Made by a program: the position numbers and the translations under genes | Shown here: piece by piece, positions 38,401 through 48,579 of the stretch | Numbering within the stretch: position 1 is the first letter of the stretch | How the letters are laid out: every line of letters begins with the position of its first letter | Notes under the pieces: generated by a model | The model's database searches: none | What the model saw: only the letters and a program-made list of their open reading frames with translations | What the model was told of the DNA's origin: nothing | DNA from: Zygnema circumcarinatum SAG 698-1b | Taxonomy: Eukaryota; Plantae; Zygnematophyceae | DNA: 64,000 nt | Reading direction: 5' to 3' | Assembly (NCBI GenBank): GCA_037447605.1 | Contig: CM074805.1 | Location: 1,521,361-1,585,360, forward strand

Positions 38401-40584
38401 TATTTGGAACAGCGTCACTGTGCATTATGACGGTGCTCACTTATGGCGCAATCCTCACAATCAATCGGCAAATGACAGCTGGCCTGCTCGGGTCCTTCAT
38501 TCTTCTCAGTGTCACAGGTTGCTGCCGCAGTCTCTAACCCGCAGGCGGCAAGGGCTATGCAGACCAACATTAAATTGTCCGGTTCCTTGTAGAAAAAGGC
38601 CAACGACTTAACTATTGTTTGTTCTGACGTCGCAATTTGCCTTGCCAGTTGGCTTCTCCTTTGGGACGCTGTCTGGGCTGTACACCACAGCCATGCGAGC
38701 AGTCGGAGCAAGCCGGCGGGTCTTCCAGCTCCTTGATCGCGTGTCTGAAATGCCACCAGCTGGCAGTCAGATGCCTCCCTTGTAAGAGAGGAGTCCATAC
38801 GAGCGGGCAGGCGAAAACTCAAGATGTTGTTTATTCCTTGTTTGGATTTCTCTTGGCTGTGTGGGTTAATGCATCCAGTGTCGAATCCTGTCTCGCTTGT
38901 TCCGGTAAAAGTTTTCACAATATGAGTTAAGACATGAGGAATTGTAGGAATTCTCCCGAGGAGTGTGTGTCAGCGAGGTAACCATACAGATGCATGGGTT
39001 GGTTCAGGGACGCTGCTGGGCAGGGAGTAGTATTGGACTCGGTGTGGTTCGCCTACCCCTCTCGTCCTGATCACTGGGTTCTGAAGGTGAGGCTACCGCT
39101 GCAAGCCATGGCTGCTGCCTTTGTTCCTTCAAGAAGCTTCCGGGGGCATTCACATTGGTTTGCATTTTAGCATGCCTTATTTACTAGCGTTATGAAATAC
39201 TGGGGCGAATCTGAGTGTGGATCAATGGGGGATGCGGAAAATGGTCTATCAAAAAAACGGCTACAAGCATGCGTCAGTCATGCGCAGCATCGACGTGCAT
39301 CTCATGTGAAATTGGCTGACATTATTCCTCATGCTGCTGCATTCCTGGCAGGGGGTGGATTTGGAGCTGAAGCCGAATTCCAGAGTGGCTCTGGTGGGCC
39401 CCAGTGGGGGCGGCAAGGTGGGCAATCGCACTGTTCTCCGCCCTATTTCGCAAATTCACCAAGAATGACTGGTGATGTTTGGATTCTCAGCGCAGGTTTT
39501 ACCAACTCCTCGTTCTGATCGTCCCCGGCACCTTCTACTCGTACTACAATTGGCATCACTTCCTTGTTTCTTCTGAATAATTAGTGCTCTGCGAGCTACT
39601 GATAAGACTTTGCGCTTTTGGCCTCAGAGCACTATCGCCAACCTCGTGAAGCGACTCTATGACCCTCAGCGGGGTGCCATTTACTTCAGCGGTGTCCCGC
39701 TTCCCGAAATTGATTATCATTACCTGCATTCCATGGTGGGTGTCCCCCAGCTCACTACAGTAGCTATATAAAACACACTAGGCCTGATACGACTTCACTG
39801 ATCGTTTTTTCACTTTCTGGGTGATTCTTTTCTTCTGGGGCTGAGCAGGTAAGCATTGTAAGTCAGGAGCCCGCCCTGTTTAACCGCAGTATTGCAGACA
39901 ATATCGCGTATGGGAGACGGTCGAGTGCTGCAAGGGAGGAGGTGGAGCGCGTGGCACGCATGGCCAACGCGCATGAGTTCATCTCCAAGCTCCCTAATAG
40001 GTGAGGGAGGGCTCACACTCTCTTTTGGACAGGCCGTATGGCGGGAATGGTGTGCATGTAGACTGAGGAAGACCGAAGTAAACTCTTGGCAGGTACGATA
40101 CCCATGTGGGAGAGCGCGGCGTGCGGCTGTCTGGAGGGCAGAAGCAACGCATCGCTATCGCGCGGGCGCTGCTGATGGACCCGCGGGTGCTGCTGCTTGA
40201 TGAGGCGACCTCCGCACTGGACGCTGAGAGCGAGTATCTCGTGCAGGTGAGAGGGGGGGTCTCCCTCACTGTCTGCCAAAGATTTCAGGACTGCCGTAGA
40301 CATTTTGACAGATATAAGATCTTGACAGCATGCATTTTCCTGGGCATTTACGCCGCAATGGCTTGTGGCGGCAGGATGCCATGGATCGGCTGATGGCCGG
40401 AAGGACAACCCTGGTGATTGCGCACCGCCTGTCTACTGTGAAGGAAGCCGATGTTGTGGCCGTAGTGGCAGACGGAACTATAACAGAGAGGGGCAGCCAT
40501 GACGAGCTGCTGGCAAGAAAGGGCATGTATGCGGCCCTTGTTCGCAGGCAGCTACAGGGGGAGGCTCCACCTGAGGGCCCTTAG
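35468..40584 (+). CDS. Half-size ABC-B transporter (ALS1/TAP2-like); multi-exon
   Basis: [39 protein letters not shown], Walker A GPSGGGK|ST, VSQEP, signature LSGGQKQR, Walker [19 protein letters not shown]. Confidence 0.93.
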
Positions 40585-40969
40585 GGGGAAAGCTTGTATG
40601 TTATTGTGACCGGCTAATAGTCAGAGTGAGAGTATGACATAAGGTGATTGAAGGGGGAAGATGTGGCATTGATCTCATTGAAGGAACAAAATAATTTCAT
40701 TTGTTGTCGGCCATGTTGCTCGAATCTATGCTGTAATCAGATTGTCTGGGCATTTCATTCAACCTAACCCGTCAATTGTTGGGACACCAATCACGTAGAA
40801 CATTTTCAAGTTCAATGTCTTTCCAAAAGGTTCACATGTTTTGCCACTTCTTCCTCCAAAAACTCACGTGACTTTATCAGGCCTGCGCCCTTTCACCACA
40901 CATAGCATCCAAATTTCAGTAAAGTTAAGCATCCTAATAAGGTCAAGTACCCCGGTTGGCAAACAGGTT

Positions 40970-41071
40970 TCCGACATACCTCGATACAATTTTCCACTTC
41001 GGAAAAATACCTCGATATTACCACAGATATCCCAGTCAATTCGATACGGAAATATACCTCGATATGTCGGA
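40970..41071. repeat. ~100-bp element with 9-bp inverted ends and three ATACCTCGATA motifs
   Basis: TCCGACATA ... TATGTCGGA; ATACCTCGATA at ~40976, 41007 and 41054. Confidence 0.55.
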
Positions 41072-41253
41072 CGCTCCAGCAGCCTGCGTCCTTCCAGGGC
41101 TCGGTCTCTGCACTAAGAGAGGGAGGGAGGGACCGCATTCCCTGGAGCTTGAGCAGGGATTATTCTGCAGCTGCTGAAGGCGGGAGGGGGCTTCTTTCTG
41201 GGAAATATTTGCGCAGGCGACACCATATTTTGGGATACGCATAGGCGGTGAAG

Positions 41254-43876
41254 ATGATTGTCTGCGTGGGCGTGGTCGGACCGGCGGTGAGTGATTGCAT
41301 GCACTTAGCACAGCTTGGAATGGGAGTCGCACTCTCTCCAGCTCGCTATTGATACTATGATTGGTACTGTAAAGCTAAAATTTTTGAATACTTGAACACG
41401 TTTTCGGCATTTCTCGTCTCAAACTAATTCAATCAGATCGAGCGTGAGATTCAGAGGTTTTTTTTCCAGCTGAATATGTGAACCTTTTTCGTAGCTATAC
41501 CAAACGTTCAAATAGTTCACTCACGCGCACAAACTCCATCACATTACGAATGACGATTCAAAGAATGGAGCCATCAGACCCTAGATTTAATTGTTCAAGA
41601 GTGCAATCGATTACGAAATAAATACTCAATTGAAAAAAAAGGAGATAATTATTTGCTCAATACCAATCTAATTGAATCAATTGGTACTGAGATTTTGGCT
41701 ATCAAAATTTTACAGACGTTGAGAAAGTCGCAGTACCTATTATTTTTAAATGTTAAAAAAGGCTACGATAATGTCATCTGATTAGTGAAGGACATAAGGA
41801 GAAAGATAGTGATTGGAAGTGAAATGGCTGGAACATTAGCCCGTCTGTCCGGCCGTTTACGCTTTTCAGAGAGATTCTCGCAACCGGGAGTTTGTCCGCA
41901 ACTGCCGTTGATTCAGATTGCGACAAATATAAGGGTTGAAGAAAAGGAAAGGGTTTAGGCTGTGTCCATGAACTCACATGAAACTAGAGAGGCGAGAGTG
42001 AGATGAAGGACTTGCGCGATACTGTGACGAGTAGAGTTGACACCCAAAGTGAGCAAATGGAAAGTGATCATAGGCCCAGGCACAGGCATTTACCAATGTG
42101 TTCATATGAGCTAGAGAACGAATCATTGGTGAACTAACCATTTTTGAAGTGAAGAATTGGCAAATGTAATCCTTACCATTTTCCACGTTCGTATGTGCTA
42201 TGTCAAAGCTAAAGCCTCATTGAGGTGCTAGTCTTTCATCCAACAGCATTGTGTGAGGCTAAATCAGCTTGGGCCGTTAAATGCAAAAACGAGGAGAGGG
42301 AAAGTCCGTTAGAGCGGATGTGAACTTAACATATTGGAACGAACGCAGTGCATAATTGTCGGTGTCTGGGTTTTCAGCTTGCTGTTACGGGGTCTGTTTT
42401 TCAGGACACTTGTGGCCAAATTGTCAGTTGTCTGGCATGATTGCTTATACTAGTTCTTGCCATCATCAATCCCTTTCTTGATCCACTCTCTCTCCCTCTC
42501 TATCCCTCTCTCTCACTCTTTCTCACACATCAGCTAGTTCGCAAAATGACCATGATTGAAACGACATTCTGAATGTCGTCCTTTAGATATGCTCGCGTTT
42601 AAGAAAGCAAAGTGGCTGGTGACTGGCATGGGGGGACCAGAGCAATCCTCTCTACTTGCAAAGCTTCAAAGATGCCGACGATACGCTCAAATTTCATTAC
42701 ATTGTACACAGCGCCCTTGATATCTTTGACGAAAGATGTGAGCATTCGTGATAATGGAACCTTTCTTGAGTCCGATATTGGGGAGGATGGGGTCTGCTGC
42801 CAGCTTTCATTCTCATTAAAACGGAATCTACAAGAACTGAATTTGTCAGCTTCATTGTTTACGAGAATAAGTTTGGTACTAATCTGTTGATTTGTGGAAC
42901 TTCCAGCAGCATACTCAGTCAAAAGGAGTGTTTCTTCCTGGACAAGATTGTCAACCGCTGAGAGCTTTTGGACAGAATATGTGTTCATTTTTTTCATTGT
43001 GTGTGCTCTGCAGTGGCTCAGCCTAAACGAGCGGTTCCAGGAGTACTCAACGAGACTTACCTTGGTCTTCTTTATCGGACTGAGGACTTCTGTGTGTATC
43101 TTTTTCATGTCTGCAGTCTTTCCGAAAGTGCTTCTTCAAAAGTCCTCACCGTTACTCAAGGCTGGGAACTGATGACTCACAGATGGAAAAACAATCTTTC
43201 TAAGCTTTTGGAGTTGCTTTGTGCATTGCGATTTTGAGCTCGAAGATACACTATTGTGGGGCAGATGTTCCAGGGATCAGTTCATTATGCAAAAAACTGT
43301 CCCCCTTACATGTGAGGATGGCTTTGTACCTCTGGATGACCTTGACCAACGGTAACCTTCAAAAGCAGCTATGGATATCTGAGCAACACGCGTGTCAAGT
43401 TCATTCTTGTGGTCGACGATCCCGACTTGCCCGATGCACAAGTCCGCAACGTAAGTGACTTTTCTCCGAACCCATTCTCGCAACTGCAGGGCAGAAGCTG
43501 AGTGTGTAAACTCTCATTTTATCTCCCTATTAGAGGAGCTTGCCGGAACCCATGCGATGTGGCTTTTGGTAATGAGAGACATTAATTGAGGAAATGCAGC
43601 TGCTGGGAGACAAGATGTGTTGTGCAACCCTAAAACCCTAAAACCCATGCAAGAGCTCCTAGCAGACAGCGGTGCGGTAGAGCCCATGCCATACTGATGA
43701 ATGAGGCCTGTTCCATGGCGTTATGCTCTGTGCAGTTCTTCCGTCGCTTTCACTCAGCCTATGTGGACGCGGCCTCGAACCCGTTCCATGTGCCCGGAAA
43801 GCGAATCACATCTCCCGCCTTTGCCGAGCGCATCACCACTCTCGTGGGGTCATTTGGCAACAGCGCCACCTCCTGA
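41254..43876 (+). CDS. TRAPPC2L: TRAPP complex subunit 2-like (sedlin family); 5 small exons, not represented as a single ORF in the track
   Basis: Exons 41254-41286 MIVCVGVVGPA; 42641-42737 SNPLYLQSF..LKFHYIVHSALDIFDER; 43014-43095 ..LNETYLGLLY..; 43369-43450 YGYLSNTRVKFILV; 43736-43876 FFRRFHSAYVDAASNPFHVPGKRITS. All phases are consistent. Confidence 0.92.
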
Positions 43877-44466
43877 CCACAGCACTCACTGGTTTAAGAG
43901 AGGTATTTTTTGCTGCCACTGCAAATAGGAGGCCGGAGCAAACAAGGTTAGAAGCCCTATTCTAGGAAGGTCCATCCAAATTCCCGGGTGGCACTGTATT
44001 ATAGTTTCACTTATATATGCTGTTTAACCATGGAGCATCTCCTGTCCGTTGGGCGTTTACAATGTACAGCTTCAGTCCTTTTTATACTACTCATTGACCA
44101 ACTTTAGGAGATCGACCTCAATTGTCCAAAGGGTGGTTAACTTGGAATTGAGTGCCATGGTGTAAATTTTACAGAGATAAAAAAATTCACAAGGTTTCGC
44201 TTAAAGTTATGGAAAATCTGGAATGTTGAAATTCCTTTTGACGAAAACTAAGCGGTTATTTCGGATGACGGCAACATCGGGCAATCACGGCATTTACCTT
44301 TGCACAGTTTTAAACCGCAAATATCACACAATAAAAAGATGTTCACCATAGCAATTATCTCATAGTTCCCGAACACACATCGGAAAATGCTTCATATTCA
44401 CAGCATGAATGTGAGTAAATGAATCAACACGAATTGGAATAAAAAATGAACCAAAAAAGCCTACAG

Positions 44467-47418
44467 CTACTGACCAAACAGGCAGGCCTCCACCTCCTCC
44501 CACCCAATGGCCTCATACACAACTCCGGAGCCCCTCCCGCTCCACCTCATTCCATCGGCGTTGAGAGCAGCCATGGCTGCCGACGCAGCAACCAGCGGCC
44601 TGATCTCAACACCATAGGCTTCACACAGGCGTCGCAAGGTTCGGCTTTTCCCAATCACGATTCCTAGGTCGGCTCCGAGCATTGCGAGCAGGTCAGTGCA
44701 GCTATCTCCCAAGTAGACACTGAAGTAATACCCAAGCTCTCCATTTCTGACCGTTGTCTTGCCATCCAAGAAAGGGACGACATGCGTCAGGTGATGCAAA
44801 GCGTCAAGAATCCTCCCTTTGTCAAAGGCAGTCTGAACCATCCGACAAATGTCGCCTGTTGCATAGCCGTTGCTGTCGAATTCAAGGTCATTGGAATGAA
44901 TGTGCAGCTTCCCTCCATTACCCGTCCCAAGTGAAGTCGCAGCAGCCAGCGTCCCACCAATGAGATCCTTTGACCAATTGGCTGACAAGATATGTACAGG
45001 CCAGCCATTTCCTGACACTCTCTCTAGAACCTCAGCACAGTTAGGCTGCAGCTCATTCTCGGGGGCAGCGGCCCATATCTCCGCCCGAGTCGCGCCTTTC
45101 AGCACGCCCGCAGCAACCACAGCCTGGTTGGTCACTTCTTCAATCTTCATCAGCTTCCGGAGAGCACTGTGCAGCCCAACAGGGTCAAAGGATGCAGCGG
45201 ACCAGAAAGCTTCACTTGCAAATGAATTGTTTCGCATAGCAACAGCAGATTTTTTAGCAGGAGCCCATGGAAGTGTTACTGAAGGAAGGGGAGAGATGAG
45301 GGAAAGACAATTGCTGCATTCTTCGTACGAGTATAGCTGTTCTATCCATGGCTGCAGAGAAGGGTCTACTCCGAAAAAAATCAATACAATTGCAGCTTCT
45401 TGCTGACCGTAGTCTGTCCCTACATACCCTTCCTCCTCCATCACTGTTCTCATCCTCCTCAAAATTTCGAGTGCGGAAACAGCTTCAGAGTTTTTGGCGA
45501 AGACCAGGTCCTTGTCCTCCTGAGCTGAATCTTGAGATCCCACAAACTCTTCGCTGTAACTGGCTACAGCACCAAGAGCAGCTAAATAATTGCAGGAAAG
45601 CCGTCGAACCAACCCTTGCTCGTGTTCATACTGACTCTGAGCGGTCTGACTTTGCTGTGGCTGCTGCGGTGCCAATTTTCTGTAAGATGGTAGAATCTCC
45701 TCTAGTAAAATTTCCACTTGTTGATAATAACTGGCAATGAGGGCCTGCCATCTGTTAGCAAGGTCAGCTGGTGTTACCATTCCAACATCATTCACGTCTA
45801 TATCCCTCCCTTTGGCACACGAGCTGGCCAGTTCTGCTGAAGGAGTGTACCCAGCTCTACCATATTTGAGCTCGGAAGTTCGTGTCAAGGCGGCCATAGC
45901 CACGTCTACAAGAGTTCCACTTGCATCTTCGTAAGTGCATGTCGTATCAAAGTCTGTGACAAAAATGGGCACTGCTATTTTGGGATCTTCAACAGCTTTC
46001 TGCAAGTCACCTACACTTAATGAAAAGGGGCGAGAAGCTGCTGCACGCAATTTTTCGGGACAATGAGCATCCATCAGCGCTATTTCCTTGTCAACCGCAA
46101 TCCCGTACTCATATTCTAGGAATGTAACGAGGTCTCGTGAGGCACAAGGACTTTCCGTTAAGTGTTTTGGATCCTTCTCCTGGCCACTTATGTCACAATC
46201 AGTGGGGGATGAAGCAAATTTCTCCACGTCCGCTCCATCAAGAGCTCGTATCCTTCTGACAAGGCCTTTCAAACAGTGCTCTAATGCTGCTATCTGATTT
46301 TCCAAAGCCTGCCTGCTCGCTGCTTCAACGAGAGACCCGTAAGGATGACTTTTTCCATCTAAATTCAGTGAGCAGAGAGCCTTGATAATTGCCAACCATA
46401 GGCGGAGTACTGCCATTCTATGCAAAACAGCTTTAAGGCATGTGAGATATGGACTAGCTGCCTTACTGTATTGCAGTACTTGCACCGCTACAGAGTCTTG
46501 AATCGAATTTCTATCAATCTTTTCTTTTTGCTGGCTAAACTTGGCAGCATACAACGTCTCACCCCGAGCCAATTCATTCCCAAATGCTTTCTCAACAAAC
46601 GCGAAAGGAGAGAGCTGAGCTAGGGAAGCGATTTCCTCTGCCTCTGCCTCTGCCTCTGCCTCTGCCACTGCCACTGCCACGTCGAGTTCAGCGGGTGATG
46701 TGAAATCTGTCAGCAACCTGCTATTCGAAGTTTCAAAATAGTCCATGGCAGAGGATGCAGGCAGCGTGCCTGCAAGTAGCCCAAGTGAAAACGGATGGTG
46801 AATTGCTACAGCTACTTGCTTCTGAGCTCCGAGCCATAAGTCTTCAGTCAACGTCTCGACTTGGAATACCTGCTCCGCTCTCACACGTTTTGATGCCGCT
46901 CCTCCCATTGTGCTGTAACAAAATACTGTTCCAGGACGTTCTGATTCAGCACGCTTCAGGTGAGCTCCGTCAGGAAACTTCAACTGCTTGAATGCCTTCC
47001 TTCGATCCAAACCAGCAGCTCTATAGAAGTGGCGATACAAGTGAGCAGAGTTCCCGACGTGGGAAGGGAGAGCCCACTGCCTGCTACGAATCAAAGGTTC
47101 TGAGCTCAAACAAAACGTTTCAGCTGCAGAGCTCGTCAAATTTGGTCGCAGGAGGTGTAAGGAAGCCGCCACAGAGCAGTCCTGCGGCTTTCCAGGAACA
47201 GCGGTTGCAGCCCTTTCAAGATTCAGGGAGGCCTGAAACCCAAAAGCTTCCACGGAGAAGCAATGCAACTGTTTGATGTGCCGCTGAAAGCTGAAAGCGG
47301 TCGAGCAGGAGGCCATGGCTGCAGGTACCGCATCATCAGGGGAAAAAAGGTGGGGGAATATTCGCTGGAGGGGTGCGAGGATGCCGCCATGGATTCTGCG
47401 TGCAGAGAGAGCGCCCAC
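44467..47418 (-). CDS. TH2-like TenA-HAD fusion (thiamin monophosphate phosphatase family); single 983-aa exon
   Basis: TenA-like HHPFSLGLLAGTL and HPY; HAD motifs TDFDTTCT, VHILSANW, IHSNDLEF, DK, VYLGDSCTDLLAMLGADLGIVIG. Long N-terminal extension; true start uncertain. Confidence 0.85.
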   Translation of the reverse strand: MGALSARRIHGGILAPLQRIFPHLFSPDDAVPAAMASCSTAFSFQRHIKQLHCFSVEAFGFQASLNLERAATAVPGKPQDCSVAASLHLLRPNLTSSAAETFCLSSEPLIRSRQWALPSHVGNSAHLYRHFYRAAGLDRRKAFKQLKFPDGAHLKRAESERPGTVFCYSTMGGAASKRVRAEQVFQVETLTEDLWLGAQKQVAVAIHHPFSLGLLAGTLPASSAMDYFETSNSRLLTDFTSPAELDVAVAVAEAEAEAEAEEIASLAQLSPFAFVEKAFGNELARGETLYAAKFSQQKEKIDRNSIQDSVAVQVLQYSKAASPYLTCLKAVLHRMAVLRLWLAIIKALCSLNLDGKSHPYGSLVEAASRQALENQIAALEHCLKGLVRRIRALDGADVEKFASSPTDCDISGQEKDPKHLTESPCASRDLVTFLEYEYGIAVDKEIALMDAHCPEKLRAAASRPFSLSVGDLQKAVEDPKIAVPIFVTDFDTTCTYEDASGTLVDVAMAALTRTSELKYGRAGYTPSAELASSCAKGRDIDVNDVGMVTPADLANRWQALIASYYQQVEILLEEILPSYRKLAPQQPQQSQTAQSQYEHEQGLVRRLSCNYLAALGAVASYSEEFVGSQDSAQEDKDLVFAKNSEAVSALEILRRMRTVMEEEGYVGTDYGQQEAAIVLIFFGVDPSLQPWIEQLYSYEECSNCLSLISPLPSVTLPWAPAKKSAVAMRNNSFASEAFWSAASFDPVGLHSALRKLMKIEEVTNQAVVAAGVLKGATRAEIWAAAPENELQPNCAEVLERVSGNGWPVHILSANWSKDLIGGTLAAATSLGTGNGGKLHIHSNDLEFDSNGYATGDICRMVQTAFDKGRILDALHHLTHVVPFLDGKTTVRNGELGYYFSVYLGDSCTDLLAMLGADLGIVIGKSRTLRRLCEAYGVEIRPLVAASAAMAALNADGMRWSGRGSGVVYEAIGWEEVEACLFGQ

Positions 47419-47560
47419 GGCGGGACGTGCTCCGTGTCGCTGTTACCACTTCCGTAGTGTCGGAAACTCAGAAATCTGGCGTTCTATGTGCAGAAATTTG
47501 TGTGGTCTCGCTAGACGCTATTGGCCCACGTGGCAAGAATGTGCGGTTGACATAGAATTA

Positions 47561-47707
47561 GGAAATCTGCTAGCTTCACACCCTTTTCGTCTAGATACAC
47601 ATCGTTTTTCGCCGGTCAGATTTTTTTTTTTTAGAGTTTTTTAGGGTATTGGGGATTTTTTTAAAGGTGTGTATCTAGACAAAAAAGGCGTGTAAATTTC
47701 AATTCCC
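47561..47707. mobile_element. 147-bp MITE with perfect 8-bp TSD
   Basis: TAGAATTA at 47553-47560 and 47708-47715. Arms ..GTCTAGATACACA / TGTGTATCTAGAC.. The left arm aligns with the 4992 element's TIR. Confidence 0.85.
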
Positions 47708-48579
47708 TAGAATTATTAGAAAAGACGAGGGAAGAAAGAAACGACCAGTTCTTCCCTCGTGGTTCCACGTCATGCTTTTGTCCATGTACATTTGATGGCC
47801 TCGCCATCGTGAGTTCAATGAAGTTTCCCTTACCAGTTCTTCGTTTCGTTTGCGACCAGTTCCCCATGATGAATTTGTCCGTGTACATTTGATGGCATCG
47901 CCATTGTGAGATCAATGCTACATCTCTCCTCTAAGAAAAGAGGAGAGAGAGCGAGTGGGGGTGCGTGGAACGGAGAGGAGAAAAGGGGCACTGCTGTTTT
48001 CATGAATGCTGCTTTCGTTCGTTTCTTTTTTAGGAAAGTAAATGTGACTTCCTATTCGTTTCCGAGTTTCATTAGAAGAAATTTCAATGGAGAGGCAGGC
48101 ACGAATTGAGTCGAGCTGAATCTGGGCTGGCTTTCTTGATGAAGTTGAAAACCCAGCAGGAATCCAGGCTGGTTTTTCAACAGGAAGGACAGGCCTTAAG
48201 GAAGTTTCGGTTCAGAAGGAACCACCATTTTAAATTAAAAAGAAGTAGAATCCCAAGTGGCGATTTTCTTTACAGAATCAGAAGGACCTCAAACCAGCCT
48301 GTTCCTTTTCTTTCGAGATTGAAAAATCCCAGCTACTCTTTCTGCTAGCTTGAGAACCGTTACAGAGGAAGGGACAAATTTTTGACAATTTTTTTTCACG
48401 TTCAACTCACGCCTCAGACCTCTTCATACACTGCGCCCACACCATACGCCCTCCCCCCCCCCCCCACCAACAACACGAGCAAGAACGTGAGCACAACACT
48501 TACTATACTACTTTCGTCACGCTTTGAAACACACAAAGGTTGGCGGCAACGATTGGCAATGTTCTCGAAAAGGACTCAA

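Noticed and set aside
42599-43483. Minus-strand frame of ~295 codons broken by two TGA stops (apparent pseudogene or readthrough gene)
   Set aside because: Antisense shadow of TRAPPC2L exons 2-4; no recognisable motifs.
44117-44152. Bulged hairpin between convergent TRAPPC2L and TH2-like genes as a terminator
   Set aside because: An 11-bp imperfect stem is near chance level, and intrinsic terminators do not apply to Pol II genes.
6181-47418. Thiamin gene cluster or TPP riboswitch
   Set aside because: The two genes are ~35 kb apart with unrelated genes between, and no TPP aptamer consensus was seen by eye.
48105-48340. Short inverted repeats (CAGGCTGGTTT / AAACCAGCCTG)
   Set aside because: Too degenerate to define ends or a TSD; probably an old MITE.
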